From Escherichia coli (GTDB lineage Bacteria > Pseudomonadota > Gammaproteobacteria > Enterobacterales > Enterobacteriaceae): DNA of 64,000 nucleotides. The notes under the pieces were generated by a model. That model was not told the DNA's origin. It saw nothing but the letters and a program-made list of their open reading frames with translations, and searched no databases. The stretch is taken from NCBI RefSeq assembly GCF_003334305.1, contig NZ_QOWS01000001.1. One strand, given 5' to 3'. A program made the translations under genes and the position numbers. Position 1 is the first letter of the stretch, and every line of letters starts with the position of its first letter. Below are positions 1 through 16,509 of this stretch, piece after piece.

Positions 1-409
<409 letters not shown>

Positions 410-410
410 C

Positions 411-511
<101 letters not shown>

Positions 512-530
512 TAAACACTGCGAGAGCAGA

Positions 531-2603
<2,073 letters not shown>

Positions 2604-2615
2604 CTATTAAATGGC

Positions 2616-2647
2616 TGATCGGACTTGTTCGGCGTACAAGTGTACGC
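2616..2647 (+). promoter_or_regulatory. fabB promoter operator region: FadR-like site (tgatcggacttgttcgg) overlapping a FabR-like palindrome (gcgtacaagtgtacgc)
   Basis: Near-perfect 16-bp palindrome at 2632-2647 and a TCGGACTTGTTC motif about 50-80 bp upstream of the fabB ATG. Site assignment is from recalled consensus sequences. Confidence 0.5.
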
Positions 2648-2695
2648 TATTGTGCATTCGAAACTTACTCTATGTGCGACTTACAGAGGTATTGA

Positions 2696-3916
2696 ATGAA
2701 ACGTGCAGTGATTACTGGCCTGGGCATTGTTTCCAGCATCGGTAATAACCAGCAGGAAGTCCTGGCATCTCTGCGTGAAGGACGTTCAGGGATCACTTTC
2801 TCTCAGGAGCTGAAGGATTCCGGCATGCGTAGCCACGTCTGGGGCAACGTAAAACTGGATACCACTGGCCTCATTGACCGCAAAGTTGTGCGCTTTATGA
2901 GCGACGCATCCATTTATGCATTCCTTTCTATGGAGCAGGCAATCGCAGATGCGGGCCTTTCTCCGGAAGCTTACCAGAATAACCCGCGCGTTGGCCTGAT
3001 TGCAGGTTCTGGCGGCGGTTCCCCGCGTTTCCAGGTATTCGGCGCTGACGCAATGCGCGGCCCGCGCGGCCTGAAAGCGGTTGGCCCGTATGTGGTCACC
3101 AAAGCGATGGCATCCGGCGTTTCTGCCTGCCTCGCCACGCCGTTTAAAATTCATGGCGTTAACTACTCCATCAGCTCCGCGTGTGCGACTTCCGCACACT
3201 GTATCGGTAACGCAGTAGAGCAGATCCAACTGGGCAAACAGGACATCGTGTTTGCTGGCGGCGGCGAAGAGCTGTGCTGGGAAATGGCCTGCGAATTCGA
3301 CGCGATGGGTGCGCTGTCTACTAAATACAACGACACCCCGGAAAAAGCCTCCCGTACTTACGACGCTCACCGTGACGGTTTCGTTATCGCTGGCGGCGGC
3401 GGTATGGTAGTGGTTGAAGAGCTGGAACACGCGCTGGCGCGTGGTGCTCACATCTATGCTGAAATCGTTGGCTACGGCGCAACCTCTGATGGTGCAGACA
3501 TGGTTGCTCCGTCTGGCGAAGGCGCAGTACGTTGTATGCAGATGGCGATGCACGGCGTTGATACCCCAATCGATTACCTGAACTCTCATGGTACTTCGAC
3601 TCCGGTTGGCGACGTGAAAGAACTGGCAGCTATCCGTGAAGTGTTCGGCGATAAGAGCCCGGCGATTTCTGCAACCAAAGCCATGACCGGTCACTCTCTG
3701 GGCGCTGCTGGCGTACAGGAAGCTATCTACTCTCTGCTGATGCTGGAACACGGCTTTATCGCCCCGAGCATCAACATTGAAGAGCTGGACGAGCAGGCTG
3801 CAGGTCTGAACATCGTGACCGAAACGACCGATCGCGAACTGACCACCGTTATGTCTAACAGCTTCGGCTTCGGCGGCACCAACGCCACGCTGGTAATGCG
3901 CAAGCTGAAAGATTAA
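2696..3916 (+). CDS. fabB: 3-oxoacyl-ACP synthase I (KAS I)
   Basis: 406-aa translation with the characteristic thiolase-fold KAS sequence, including active-site Cys in …[14 protein letters not shown]…. Confidence 0.95.
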   Translation: MKRAVITGLGIVSSIGNNQQEVLASLREGRSGITFSQELKDSGMRSHVWGNVKLDTTGLIDRKVVRFMSDASIYAFLSMEQAIADAGLSPEAYQNNPRVGLIAGSGGGSPRFQVFGADAMRGPRGLKAVGPYVVTKAMASGVSACLATPFKIHGVNYSISSACATSAHCIGNAVEQIQLGKQDIVFAGGGEELCWEMACEFDAMGALSTKYNDTPEKASRTYDAHRDGFVIAGGGGMVVVEELEHALARGAHIYAEIVGYGATSDGADMVAPSGEGAVRCMQMAMHGVDTPIDYLNSHGTSTPVGDVKELAAIREVFGDKSPAISATKAMTGHSLGAAGVQEAIYSLLMLEHGFIAPSINIEELDEQAAGLNIVTETTDRELTTVMSNSFGFGGTNATLVMRKLKD

Positions 3917-3922
3917 TTCGCA

Positions 3923-3958
3923 GTAGGTCGGAGTAGACGCGCCAGCGTCGCATCCGAC
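3923..3958. repeat. REP-like element downstream of fabB
   Basis: gtaggtcggagtagacgcgccagcgtcgcatccgac, a REP consensus variant. Confidence 0.6.
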
Positions 3959-3993
3959 GTTACGCGCCAATGCGGCCTCCGGCACTAACGCAA

Positions 3994-4018
3994 AAGGGAA
4001 CCTGATGGTTCCCTTTTT
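3994..4018 (+). terminator. Rho-independent terminator after fabB
   Basis: 9-bp perfect stem aagggaacc / ggttccctt with a 4-nt loop, followed by a T5 run. Confidence 0.7.
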
Positions 4019-4177
4019 CACATCATTGACAATCGCCGCCAGTTCCAGGCAAACTTCCCGCTTTGTCGATTTCCTTCTGAAAAGACGTACGCGTTAAATC
4101 CTGCCAACGCACCGTAACCCTGAAACCAGAGAGATGAGACGGGGATACTCCTCGCCTTGCGCTGCATTCTGGAGTAA

Positions 4178-6351
<2,174 letters not shown>

Positions 6352-6449
6352 TACGTATCCTTATACCTGAAATCTTCGCAAGTATGCCTGGCCGCGAGAT
6401 TATGGCACACTTGTCCGGTTAACTCTCGTCTCATACAGGTAACACAAAC

Positions 6450-7586
6450 GTGAAAATCCTTGTTGATGAAAATATGCCTTATGCCCGCGACTTATTTAGC
6501 CGTTTGGGTGAGGTGACCGCGGTTCCCGGGCGTCCAATCCCCGTTGCTCAACTGGCAGACGCGGATGCGCTGATGGTGCGTTCGGTCACGAAAGTGAATG
6601 AATCTTTGCTGGCAGGAAAACCCATTAAATTTGTTGGCACTGCCACTGCGGGGACCGACCATGTCGATGAAGCATGGTTGAAGCAGGCGGGAATTGGTTT
6701 TTCCGCTGCACCTGGCTGTAATGCGATTGCGGTGGTGGAATATGTTTTCTCCTCACTACTGATGCTTGCCGAACGCGATGGATTTTCACTGCACGACCGT
6801 ACGGTGGGGATCGTGGGCGTTGGTAACGTTGGACGTCGATTGCAGGCGCGACTGGAAGCGTTAGGGATTAAAACATTGCTTTGCGATCCGCCTCGCGCTG
6901 ACCGTGGGGATGAGGGTGATTTCCGCTCGCTGGATGAATTAGTTCAGCATGCGGATATTCTGACTTTCCATACGCCACTCTTCAAAGATGGGCCGTACAA
7001 AACGCTGCATCTGGCGGATGAAAAACTGATCCGTAGCCTGAAGCCGGGAGCGATTCTGATTAACGCCTGCCGTGGCGCAGTCGTCGATAATACTGCGTTG
7101 CTGACCTGCCTGAATGAAGGCCAGAAGTTAAGCGTAGTGCTGGATGTCTGGGAAGGCGAACCGGAACTTAACGTGGAGTTGCTGACAAAAGTGGATATCG
7201 GCACGCCGCATATCGCAGGTTATACCCTGGAAGGTAAAGCACGCGGTACTACGCAAGTGTTTGAAGCCTATAGCAAGTTTATTGGGCATGAACAGCACGT
7301 TGCGCTGGATACATTACTGCCCGCGCCAGAGTTTGGTCGCATTACGCTGCATGGCCCGCTCGATCAACCGACGCTGAAAAGGCTGGTGCATTTGGTGTAT
7401 GATGTGCGCCGCGATGACGCACCGCTGCGTAAAGTCGCCGGGATACCGGGTGAGTTCGATAAACTGCGCAAAAACTATCTTGAGCGCCGTGAATGGTCAT
7501 CTCTGTATGTAATTTGTGATGACGCCAGTGCGGCATCATTGCTGTGTAAACTGGGTTTTAACGCCGTTCATCATCCGGCACGTTAA
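6450..7586 (+). CDS. pdxB: Erythronate-4-phosphate dehydrogenase
   Basis: 378-aa D-2-hydroxyacid dehydrogenase-family translation ([12 protein letters not shown]-binding motif); GTG start. Confidence 0.9.
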   Translation: MKILVDENMPYARDLFSRLGEVTAVPGRPIPVAQLADADALMVRSVTKVNESLLAGKPIKFVGTATAGTDHVDEAWLKQAGIGFSAAPGCNAIAVVEYVFSSLLMLAERDGFSLHDRTVGIVGVGNVGRRLQARLEALGIKTLLCDPPRADRGDEGDFRSLDELVQHADILTFHTPLFKDGPYKTLHLADEKLIRSLKPGAILINACRGAVVDNTALLTCLNEGQKLSVVLDVWEGEPELNVELLTKVDIGTPHIAGYTLEGKARGTTQVFEAYSKFIGHEQHVALDTLLPAPEFGRITLHGPLDQPTLKRLVHLVYDVRRDDAPLRKVAGIPGEFDKLRKNYLERREWSSLYVICDDASAASLLCKLGFNAVHHPAR

Positions 7587-7651
7587 TCTCTTCTTCATGC
7601 TCTCTGCTGTAACATTGGCAGGGAGCTTTGCTATTTCTGGAGTAAACCACC

Positions 7652-8665
7652 ATGTCTGAAGGCTGGAACATTGCCGTCCTGGGCGCAACTGGCGCTGTGG
7701 GCGAAGCCCTGCTTGAAACGCTGGCTGAACGTCAGTTCCCGGTTGGGGAAATTTATGCACTGGCACGTAACGAAAGCGCAGGCGAACAACTGCGCTTTGG
7801 TGGTAAAACAATCACCGTGCAGGATGCCGCTGAATTCGACTGGACGCAGGCGCAGCTGGCATTTTTTGTCGCAGGCAAAGAAGCTACCGCTGCCTGGGTT
7901 GAAGAAGCGACCAACTCAGGTTGCCTGGTGATCGACAGCAGCGGACTGTTTGCTCTCGAACCCGACGTACCGCTGGTGGTGCCGGAAGTAAACCCGTTTG
8001 TACTGACCGATTACCGCAACCGGAATGTCATCGCCGTACCAGACAGTCTGACCAGCCAGCTGCTGGCGGCACTGAAACCGTTAATCGATCAGGGCGGTTT
8101 GTCGCGTATCAGTGTTACCAGCCTGATTTCAGCCTCCGCCCAGGGCAAAAAAGCGGTCGATGCGTTAGCGGGGCAGAGTGCGAAATTGCTCAACGGCATT
8201 CCGATTGACGAAGAAGATTTCTTCGGTCGTCAACTGGCGTTCAATATGCTGCCGTTGTTGCCGGATAGCGAAGGTAGCGTGCGTGAAGAACGTCGTATCG
8301 TTGACGAAGTACGCAAAATCCTGCAGGACGAAGGGCTGATGATTTCGGCAAGCGTCGTCCAGGCACCGGTATTCTACGGTCATGCCCAGATGGTCAACTT
8401 TGAAGCACTGCGTCCGCTGGTGGCAGAAGAAGCGCGTGATGCGTTTGCTCAGGGCGAAGATATTGTGCTCTCTGAAGAGAACGAATTCCCGACTCAGGTA
8501 GGGGATGCTTCGGGTACGCCGCATCTTTCTGTTGGCTGCGTGCGTAATGACTACGGTATGCCGGAGCAAGTCCAGTTCTGGTCGGTGGCCGATAACGTTC
8601 GCTTTGGCGGCGCGCTGATGGCAGTAAAAATCGCCGAGAAACTGGTGCAGGAGTATCTGTACTAA
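7652..8665 (+). CDS. usg: Aspartate-semialdehyde dehydrogenase paralogue Usg
   Basis: 337-aa translation with N-terminal NAD(P)-binding motif ([10 protein letters not shown]); RBS ggag 10 nt upstream. Confidence 0.85.
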   Translation: MSEGWNIAVLGATGAVGEALLETLAERQFPVGEIYALARNESAGEQLRFGGKTITVQDAAEFDWTQAQLAFFVAGKEATAAWVEEATNSGCLVIDSSGLFALEPDVPLVVPEVNPFVLTDYRNRNVIAVPDSLTSQLLAALKPLIDQGGLSRISVTSLISASAQGKKAVDALAGQSAKLLNGIPIDEEDFFGRQLAFNMLPLLPDSEGSVREERRIVDEVRKILQDEGLMISASVVQAPVFYGHAQMVNFEALRPLVAEEARDAFAQGEDIVLSEENEFPTQVGDASGTPHLSVGCVRNDYGMPEQVQFWSVADNVRFGGALMAVKIAEKLVQEYLY

Positions 8666-9477
8666 TGTCCGACCAGCAACAACTGCCAGTTTATAAAATT
8701 GCGCTGGGCATTGAGTACGACGGCAGTAAGTATTACGGCTGGCAACGGCAGAATGAAGTCCGCAGTGTGCAGGAGAAGCTGGAAAAGGCGCTCTCCCAGG
8801 TGGCGAACGAACCCATCACCGTCTTCTGCGCCGGGCGTACTGACGCAGGGGTACACGGTACCGGGCAAGTGGTGCATTTCGAAACAACCGCGCAGCGCAA
8901 AGACGCGGCGTGGACCTTGGGCGTAAATGCGAATTTACCTGGTGACATCGCCGTGCGTTGGGTTAAAGCTGTACCTGATGATTTTCATGCCCGATTTAGC
9001 GCCACGGCTCGCCGTTATCGCTACATCATCTACAATCATCGGCTGCGCCCGGCGGTACTGAGTAAAGGGGTAACCCATTTTTACGAACCGCTGGACGCTG
9101 AACGGATGCATCGGGCTGCGCAATGCTTGCTGGGCGAGAATGATTTCACCTCGTTCCGTGCGGTGCAGTGCCAGTCCCGAACCCCGTGGCGTAACGTTAT
9201 GCATATTAATGTCACGCGTCACGGTCCTTATGTGGTGGTAGATATCAAAGCGAATGCCTTTGTACATCATATGGTCAGGAATATTGTCGGCAGCCTGATG
9301 GAAGTCGGTGCCCACAACCAGCCGGAGAGCTGGATAGCAGAGTTGCTGGCGGCAAAGGACAGAACGCTGGCGGCAGCAACGGCAAAAGCGGAAGGGCTGT
9401 ATCTGGTCGCGGTGGATTACCCTGACCGGTATGATCTTCCAAAACCGCCAATGGGCCCGCTATTTCTGGCGGACTAA
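8665..9477 (+). CDS. truA: tRNA pseudouridine(38-40) synthase
   Basis: 270-aa translation with the TruA catalytic region (…[19 protein letters not shown]…); start overlaps the usg stop (taATG). Confidence 0.92.
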   Translation: MSDQQQLPVYKIALGIEYDGSKYYGWQRQNEVRSVQEKLEKALSQVANEPITVFCAGRTDAGVHGTGQVVHFETTAQRKDAAWTLGVNANLPGDIAVRWVKAVPDDFHARFSATARRYRYIIYNHRLRPAVLSKGVTHFYEPLDAERMHRAAQCLLGENDFTSFRAVQCQSRTPWRNVMHINVTRHGPYVVVDIKANAFVHHMVRNIVGSLMEVGAHNQPESWIAELLAAKDRTLAAATAKAEGLYLVAVDYPDRYDLPKPPMGPLFLAD

Positions 9478-9498
9478 CGAGAATAATGCTCGGAACAT

Positions 9499-9531
9499 TT
9501 CAGGCTGTAGCCAACGTAGTTACAGCCTGAA
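9499..9531 (+). other. Hairpin between truA and dedA (11-bp stem, 11-nt loop)
   Basis: ttcaggctgta … tacagcctgaa perfect inverted repeat; no following T-tract, so not a clear intrinsic terminator. Confidence 0.4.
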
Positions 9532-9559
9532 AGATGACGAGTACAAGGCATAGGCAAAT

Positions 9560-10219
9560 ATGGACCTGATTTATTTCCTCATCGATTTTATCCTGCACAT
9601 TGACGTGCATCTGGCAGAGCTGGTCGCGGAGTACGGCGTCTGGGTTTATGCCATTCTGTTTTTGATTCTGTTCTGCGAAACGGGGCTGGTGGTAACGCCA
9701 TTCCTGCCTGGTGATTCGCTGCTGTTTGTTGCTGGTGCATTGGCGTCGCTGGAAACTAACGATCTCAATGTCCATATGATGGTGGTGCTTATGTTGATTG
9801 CCGCTATTGTCGGTGATGCAGTGAACTATACCATTGGACGGTTATTTGGTGACAAACTGTTCAGTAACCCGGATTCGAAAATCTTTCGTCGCAGTTATCT
9901 TGATAAGACTCATCAGTTTTACGAGAGACATGGCGGCAAAACGATTATTCTCGCCCGTTTTGTACCGATCGTCAGAACGTTCGCGCCGTTTGTTGCGGGA
10001 ATGGGCCACATGTCGTACCGTCATTTCGCCGCTTATAACGTGATCGGCGCACTGTTGTGGGTACTGATTTTTACCTACGCGGGTTATTTCTTCGGCACGC
10101 TCCCCTTCATTCAGAGCAACCTTAAGCTGATGATTGTTGGCATTATTTTTGTTTCAATATTGCCTGGGGTTTTCGAATTTATTCGTCACAAACGCGCTGC
10201 GGCACGCGCCGCAAAATAA
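9560..10219 (+). CDS. dedA: DedA-family inner membrane protein
   Basis: 219-aa multi-pass membrane translation matching DedA. Confidence 0.88.
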   Translation: MDLIYFLIDFILHIDVHLAELVAEYGVWVYAILFLILFCETGLVVTPFLPGDSLLFVAGALASLETNDLNVHMMVVLMLIAAIVGDAVNYTIGRLFGDKLFSNPDSKIFRRSYLDKTHQFYERHGGKTIILARFVPIVRTFAPFVAGMGHMSYRHFAAYNVIGALLWVLIFTYAGYFFGTLPFIQSNLKLMIVGIIFVSILPGVFEFIRHKRAAARAAK

Positions 10220-10374
10220 AAAGTAACTCCGCGGTTCGACCACTTTTTTATCCAAAGTTTCGGGCTGTTATGTTTTAATGTGCAACATTCATGGTCTGTT
10301 GGGGGCAAAAATGGCATTATGCGTCCCCAAAGATAAAACTGGCATCGAACCAGGTTCAGACAGAAAGGTCCCTA

Positions 10375-11289
10375 ATGAGCTGGATTGAACGAATTAAAAG
10401 CAACATTACTCCCACCCGCAAGGCGAGCATTCCTGAAGGGGTGTGGACTAAGTGTGATAGCTGCGGTCAGGTTTTATACCGCGCTGAGCTGGAACGTAAT
10501 CTTGAGGTCTGTCCGAAGTGTGACCATCACATGCGTATGACAGCGCGTAATCGCCTGCATAGCCTGTTAGATGAAGGAAGCCTTGTGGAGCTGGGTAGCG
10601 AGCTTGAGCCGAAAGATGTGCTGAAGTTTCGTGACTCCAAGAAGTATAAAGACCGTCTGGCATCTGCGCAGAAAGAAACTGGCGAAAAAGATGCGCTGGT
10701 GGTGATGAAAGGCACTCTGTATGGAATGCCGGTTGTCGCTGCGGCATTCGAGTTCGCCTTTATGGGCGGTTCAATGGGGTCTGTTGTGGGTGCACGTTTC
10801 GTGCGTGCCGTTGAGCAGGCGCTGGAAGATAACTGCCCGCTGATCTGCTTCTCCGCCTCTGGTGGCGCACGTATGCAGGAAGCACTGATGTCGCTGATGC
10901 AGATGGCGAAAACCTCTGCGGCACTGGCAAAAATGCAGGAGCGCGGCTTGCCGTACATCTCCGTGCTGACCGACCCGACGATGGGCGGTGTTTCTGCAAG
11001 TTTCGCCATGCTGGGCGATCTCAACATCGCTGAACCGAAAGCGTTAATTGGCTTTGCCGGTCCGCGTGTTATCGAACAGACCGTTCGCGAAAAACTGCCG
11101 CCAGGATTCCAGCGCAGTGAATTCCTGATCGAGAAAGGCGCCATCGACATGATCGTCCGTCGTCCGGAAATGCGCCTGAAACTGGCGAGCATTCTGGCGA
11201 AGTTGATGAATCTGCCAGCGCCGAATCCTGAAGCGCCGCGTGAAGGCGTAGTGGTACCCCCGGTACCGGATCAGGAACCTGAGGCCTGA
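10375..11289 (+). CDS. accD: Acetyl-CoA carboxylase carboxyltransferase beta subunit
   Basis: Translation from [10 protein letters not shown]… (304 aa) with N-terminal Cys4 zinc finger (CDSCGQ…CPKCDHH); the ORF-track start 10291 is an upstream in-frame extension. Confidence 0.92.
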
Positions 11290-11358
11290 TAACTGATAAG
11301 GGCAGGGCCACTGGCTCTGCCCTTTTGCTATTCTCACCGTAACGAATCAGCGGATACC

Positions 11359-12627
11359 ATGATTATCAAACGCACTCCTCAAGCCGCGTCGCCTCTGGCT
11401 TCGTGGCTTTCTTATCTGGAAAACCTGCACAGTAAAACTATCGATCTCGGCCTTGAGCGCGTGAGCCAGGTCGCGGCGCGTCTTGGCGTCCTGAAACCAG
11501 CGCCATTTGTGTTTACCGTTGCGGGTACGAATGGCAAAGGCACCACCTGCCGTACGCTGGAGTCGATTCTGATGGCGGCAGGGTACAAAGTGGGCGTCTA
11601 CAGTTCACCGCATCTGGTGCGTTATACCGAGCGCGTACGTGTGCAGGGGCAGGAATTGCCGGAATCGGCCCACACCGCCTCTTTTGCGGAGATTGAATCG
11701 GCACGCGGTGATATTTCCCTGACCTATTTCGAGTACGGTACGCTGTCGGCGTTGTGGCTGTTCAAACAGGCACAACTTGACGTAGTGATTCTGGAAGTAG
11801 GGCTGGGCGGTCGTCTGGACGCAACCAATATTGTCGATGCCGATGTGGCTGTAGTAACCAGCATTGCGCTGGATCATACCGACTGGCTGGGACCAGATCG
11901 CGAAAGTATTGGTCGCGAGAAAGCAGGCATCTTTCGCAGCGCAAAACCGGCAATTGTCGGTGAGCCGGAAATGCCTTCTACCATTGCTGATGTGGCGCAG
12001 GAAAAAGGTGCACTGTTACAACGTCGGGGCGTTGAGTGGAACTATTCCGTCACCGATCATGACTGGGCGTTTAGCGATGCTCACGGCACGCTGGAAAATC
12101 TGCCGTTGCCGCTTGTCCCGCAACCGAATGCCGCAACAGCGCTGGCGGCACTGCGTGCCAGCGGGCTGGAAGTCAGTGAAAATGCCATTCGCGACGGGAT
12201 TGCCAGCGCAATTTTGCCGGGACGTTTCCAGATTGTGAGCGAGTCGCCACGCGTTATTTTTGATGTCGCGCATAATCCACATGCGGCGGAATATCTCACC
12301 GGGCGTATGAAAGCGCTACCGAAAAACGGGCGCGTGCTGGCGGTTATCGGTATGCTACATGATAAAGATATTGCCGGAACTCTGGCCTGGTTGAAAAGCG
12401 TGGTTGATGACTGGTATTGTGCGCCACTGGAAGGGCCGCGCGGTGCCACGGCAGAACAACTGCTTGAGCATTTGGGTAACGGCAAATCATTTGATAGCGT
12501 TGCGCAGGCATGGGATGCCGCAATGGCGGACGCTAAAGCGGAAGACACCGTGCTGGTGTGTGGTTCTTTCCACACGGTCGCACATGTCATGGAAGTGATT
12601 GACGCGAGGAGAAGCGGTGGCAAGTAA
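11359..12627 (+). CDS. folC: Dihydrofolate synthase / folylpolyglutamate synthase
   Basis: 422-aa translation with Mur-ligase-type P-loop (VAGTNGKGTT). Confidence 0.92.
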   Translation: MIIKRTPQAASPLASWLSYLENLHSKTIDLGLERVSQVAARLGVLKPAPFVFTVAGTNGKGTTCRTLESILMAAGYKVGVYSSPHLVRYTERVRVQGQELPESAHTASFAEIESARGDISLTYFEYGTLSALWLFKQAQLDVVILEVGLGGRLDATNIVDADVAVVTSIALDHTDWLGPDRESIGREKAGIFRSAKPAIVGEPEMPSTIADVAQEKGALLQRRGVEWNYSVTDHDWAFSDAHGTLENLPLPLVPQPNAATALAALRASGLEVSENAIRDGIASAILPGRFQIVSESPRVIFDVAHNPHAAEYLTGRMKALPKNGRVLAVIGMLHDKDIAGTLAWLKSVVDDWYCAPLEGPRGATAEQLLEHLGNGKSFDSVAQAWDAAMADAKAEDTVLVCGSFHTVAHVMEVIDARRSGGK

Positions 12628-13279
12628 GTTTCAGAATCGGTTAGTGGGCACGATCGTGCTGGTGGCGCTGGGGGTGATTGTACTTCCAGGGCTGCTGGAC
12701 GGGCAGAAAAAACATTATCAGGATGAGTTCGCGGCTATCCCGCTGGTGCCGAAAGCGGGCGATCGTGATGAGCCTGATATGATGCCAGCCGCCACCCAGG
12801 CGTTGCCGACGCAGCCGCCGGAAGGCGCAGCGGAAGAGGTGCGGGCAGGTGATGCCGCAGCACCGTCGCTCGATCCGGCCACTATTGCAGCCAATAACAC
12901 CGAGTTTGAACCGGAACCTGCACCGGTCGCCCCACCGAAGCCGAAACCGGTGGAGCCGCCTAAACCGAAGGTTGAAGCACCACCTGCGCCGAAGCCAGAA
13001 CCGAAGCCGGTCGTGGAAGAAAAAGCAGCGCCAACGGGTAAAGCCTATGTTGTGCAACTGGGTGCGCTGAAAAATGCCGATAAAGTAAATGAGATTGTCG
13101 GTAAGCTGCGCGGTGCCGGTTATCGGGTTTATACGTCGCCATCCACGCCAGTGCAGGGTAAAATTACCCGTATTCTGGTTGGGCCGGATGCCTCGAAAGA
13201 TAAGCTGAAAGGTTCGCTGGGTGAGTTGAAGCAACTTTCTGGCTTAAGTGGCGTGGTAATGGGCTATACGCCGAATTAA
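12617..13279 (+). CDS. dedD: Cell division protein DedD (SPOR domain)
   Basis: GTG start giving VASKFQNRLVGTIVLVALGV… (220 aa); Pro/Lys/Glu-rich linker and C-terminal SPOR-like region; overlaps the folC 3' end by 11 nt. Confidence 0.85.
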   Translation: MASKFQNRLVGTIVLVALGVIVLPGLLDGQKKHYQDEFAAIPLVPKAGDRDEPDMMPAATQALPTQPPEGAAEEVRAGDAAAPSLDPATIAANNTEFEPEPAPVAPPKPKPVEPPKPKVEAPPAPKPEPKPVVEEKAAPTGKAYVVQLGALKNADKVNEIVGKLRGAGYRVYTSPSTPVQGKITRILVGPDASKDKLKGSLGELKQLSGLSGVVMGYTPN

Positions 13280-13288
13280 TACGGCCTT

Positions 13289-13372
13289 GCCTGATGCGAC
13301 GCTGGCGCGTCTTATCAGGACTGGGCAGGGTTAGAACCGTAGGTCGGATAAGGCGTTTACGCCGCATCCGAC
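13289..13372. repeat. BIME: two REP elements in inverted orientation
   Basis: gcctgatgcgacgctggcgcgtcttatcagg (13289-13319) and gtaggtcggataaggcgtttacgccgcatccgac (13339-13372). Confidence 0.75.
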
Positions 13373-13465
13373 ACGCATTGCACGATGCCGCAAAGGCATA
13401 AAAAGTCGATGGCGTTGAATATTTTTTCAGCGCCATTTTTATTGATGCGCGGGAAGGAAATCCCT

Positions 13466-13481
13466 ACGCAAACGTTTTCTT
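13466..13481 (+). promoter_or_regulatory. PurR box upstream of the cvpA-purF-ubiX operon
   Basis: acgcaaacgttttctt matches the PurR operator consensus ACGCAAACGTTTTCNT, about 60 bp upstream of cvpA. Confidence 0.7.
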
Positions 13482-13537
13482 TTTCTGTTAGAATGCGCCC
13501 CGAACAGGATGACAGGGCGTAAAATCGTGGGACACAT

Positions 13538-14026
13538 ATGGTCTGGATTGATTACGCCATAATCGCGGTGATTGCTTTTTCCTCTCTGGTTAGCCTGATC
13601 CGCGGCTTTGTTCGTGAAGCGTTATCGCTGGTGACATGGGGTTGTGCTTTCTTTGTTGCCAGTCATTACTACACTTACCTGTCAGTCTGGTTTACGGGCT
13701 TTGAAGACGAACTGGTTCGAAATGGGATTGCCATCGCGGTACTATTTATCGCTACCCTGATCGTTGGTGCTATCGTGAACTTCGTGATAGGCCAGCTGGT
13801 GGAGAAAACGGGGTTGTCAGGCACCGATCGGGTGCTGGGCGTCTGTTTCGGTGCGTTGCGCGGTGTGTTGATTGTTGCCGCCATTCTATTCTTTCTCGAC
13901 TCCTTTACCGGGGTGTCGAAAAGCGAAGACTGGAGCAAATCACAGCTGATCCCGCAGTTCAGTTTTATCATCAGATGGTTTTTTGATTATCTGCAAAGCT
14001 CGTCAAGTTTCTTGCCCAGAGCGTAA
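13538..14026 (+). CDS. cvpA: Colicin V production membrane protein CvpA
   Basis: 162-aa hydrophobic translation matching CvpA. Confidence 0.88.
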   Translation: MVWIDYAIIAVIAFSSLVSLIRGFVREALSLVTWGCAFFVASHYYTYLSVWFTGFEDELVRNGIAIAVLFIATLIVGAIVNFVIGQLVEKTGLSGTDRVLGVCFGALRGVLIVAAILFFLDSFTGVSKSEDWSKSQLIPQFSFIIRWFFDYLQSSSSFLPRA

Positions 14027-14062
14027 GTGCTCTGAGATGTGGCTTAACGAGGAAAAAGACGT

Positions 14063-15580
14063 ATGTGCGGTATTGTCGGTATCGCCGGTGTTATGCCGGT
14101 TAACCAGTCGATTTATGATGCCTTAACGGTGCTTCAGCATCGCGGTCAGGATGCCGCCGGCATCATCACCATAGATGCCAATAACTGCTTCCGTTTGCGT
14201 AAAGCGAACGGGCTGGTGAGCGATGTATTTGAAGCTCGCCATATGCAGCGTTTGCAGGGCAATATGGGCATTGGTCATGTGCGTTACCCTACGGCTGGCA
14301 GCTCCAGCGCCTCTGAAGCGCAGCCGTTTTACGTTAACTCCCCGTATGGCATTACGCTTGCCCACAACGGCAATCTGACCAACGCTCACGAGTTGCGTAA
14401 AAAACTGTTTGAAGAAAAACGCCGCCACATCAACACCACTTCCGACTCGGAAATTCTGCTTAATATCTTCGCTAGCGAGCTGGACAACTTCCGCCACTAC
14501 CCGCTGGAAGCCGACAATATTTTCGCTGCCATTGCTGCCACAAACCGCTTAATCCGCGGCGCATATGCCTGTGTGGCGATGATTATCGGCCACGGTATGG
14601 TTGCTTTCCGCGATCCAAACGGGATTCGTCCGCTGGTACTGGGAAAACGTGATATTGACGAGAACCGTACAGAATATATGGTCGCTTCCGAAAGCGTAGC
14701 GCTCGATACGCTGGGCTTTGATTTCCTGCGTGACGTCGCGCCGGGCGAAGCGATTTACATCACTGAAGAAGGGCAGTTGTTTACCCGTCAATGTGCTGAC
14801 AATCCGGTCAGCAATCCGTGCCTGTTTGAGTATGTATACTTTGCTCGCCCGGACTCGTTCATCGACAAAATTTCCGTTTACAGCGCGCGTGTGAATATGG
14901 GCACGAAACTGGGCGAGAAAATTGCCCGCGAATGGGAAGATCTGGATATCGACGTGGTGATCCCGATCCCAGAAACCTCGTGTGATATCGCGCTGGAAAT
15001 TGCTCGTATTCTGGGCAAACCGTACCGCCAGGGCTTCGTTAAAAACCGCTATGTTGGCCGCACCTTTATCATGCCGGGCCAGCAGCTGCGTCGTAAGTCC
15101 GTGCGCCGTAAACTGAATGCCAACCGCGCCGAGTTCCGCGATAAAAACGTCCTGCTGGTCGACGACTCCATCGTCCGTGGCACCACTTCTGAGCAGATTA
15201 TCGAGATGGCACGCGAAGCCGGAGCGAAGAAAGTGTACCTCGCTTCTGCGGCACCGGAAATTCGCTTCCCGAACGTTTATGGTATTGATATGCCGAGCGC
15301 CACGGAACTGATCGCTCACGGTCGCGAAGTTGATGAAATTCGCCAGATCATCGGTGCTGACGGGTTGATTTTCCAGGATCTGAACGATCTGATCGACGCC
15401 GTTCGCGCTGAAAATCCGGATATCCAGCAGTTTGAATGCTCGGTGTTCAACGGCGTCTACGTCACCAAAGATGTTGATCAGGGCTACCTCGATTTCCTCG
15501 ATACGTTACGTAATGATGACGCCAAAGCAGTGCAACGTCAGAACGAAGTGGAAAATCTCGAAATGCATAACGAAGGATGA
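14063..15580 (+). CDS. purF: Amidophosphoribosyltransferase
   Basis: 505-aa translation starting MCGIVGI (Ntn-type catalytic Cys at position 2) with PRTase motif ([13 protein letters not shown]). Confidence 0.95.
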
Positions 15581-15674
15581 TGCCTTCGCTGAGGGTGCCG
15601 GTCTGGCACCCTGACTTGCAACTCCCGCCGAAATACTGCAAAGTCTGCCTGCAAGTCTGACAGGGCAACTATTT

Positions 15675-16244
15675 ATGAAACGACTCATTGTAGGCATCAG
15701 CGGTGCCAGCGGCGCGATTTATGGCGTGCGCTTATTACAGGTTCTGCGCGATGTCACAGATATCGAAACGCATCTGGTGATGAGCCAGGCGGCGCGCCAG
15801 ACCTTATCCCTCGAAACGGATTTTTCCCTGCGCGAAGTGCAGGCATTAGCTGATGTCACGCACGATGCGCGCGATATTTCCGCCAGCATCTCTTCCGGTT
15901 CTTTCCAGACGCTGGGGATGGTGATTTTACCCTGTTCAATCAAAACCCTTTCCGGCATTGTCCATAGCTATACTGATGGCTTACTGACCCGTGCGGCAGA
16001 TGTGGTGCTGAAAGAGCGTCGCCCGTTGGTGCTCTGCGTGCGTGAAACACCATTGCACTTAGGCCATCTGCGTTTAATGACTCAGGCGGCAGAAATCGGT
16101 GCGGTGATTATGCCTCCCGTTCCGGCGTTTTATCATCGCCCGCAATCCCTTGATGATGTGATAAATCAGACGGTTAATCGTGTTCTTGACCAGTTTGCAA
16201 TAACCCTTCCTGAAGATCTCTTTGCCCGCTGGCAGGGCGCATAA
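15675..16244 (+). CDS. ubiX: Flavin prenyltransferase UbiX
   Basis: 189-aa translation matching UbiX (MKRLIVGISGASGAIYGVRLL…). Confidence 0.92.
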   Translation: MKRLIVGISGASGAIYGVRLLQVLRDVTDIETHLVMSQAARQTLSLETDFSLREVQALADVTHDARDISASISSGSFQTLGMVILPCSIKTLSGIVHSYTDGLLTRAADVVLKERRPLVLCVRETPLHLGHLRLMTQAAEIGAVIMPPVPAFYHRPQSLDDVINQTVNRVLDQFAITLPEDLFARWQGA

Positions 16245-16252
16245 CTCCGCTG

Positions 16253-16275
16253 TTGCCCTGTTTCAGGGCAATTTT
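16253..16275 (+). terminator. Rho-independent terminator after ubiX
   Basis: 7-bp stem ttgccct / agggcaa, 5-nt loop, followed by tttt. Confidence 0.6.
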
Positions 16276-16425
16276 GCAACCGCGATCAAATCCTCGACAT
16301 TTTGTTTCTGCCATTCAATCGAAACGCTGCGATTCAACCGCTATACCTGCTATCTTCAACTTCAGGACAATAATGCAACGTCTTATTAACATATTTAACG
16401 TTGAATGTTACTGTTGTCGTCAAGA

Positions 16426-16441
16426 TGGCATAAGACCTGCA
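16426..16441 (+). promoter_or_regulatory. Sigma-54 (-24/-12) promoter of argT
   Basis: TGGCAT-aagac-CTGCA matches TGGCAC-N5-TTGCA with correct GG…GC spacing, about 70 bp upstream of the argT ATG; argT is a known nitrogen-regulated gene. Confidence 0.55.
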
Positions 16442-16509
16442 TGAAAGAGCCTGCAAACACACAACACAATACACAACATAAAAAAGCCATTTTCACTTGA
16501 GGGTTATGT

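Noticed and set aside
16253-16444. 63-aa ORF in the ubiX-argT intergenic region
   Set aside because: It overlaps the ubiX terminator hairpin and the argT sigma-54 promoter and has no ribosome-binding site; the region is better explained as regulatory DNA.
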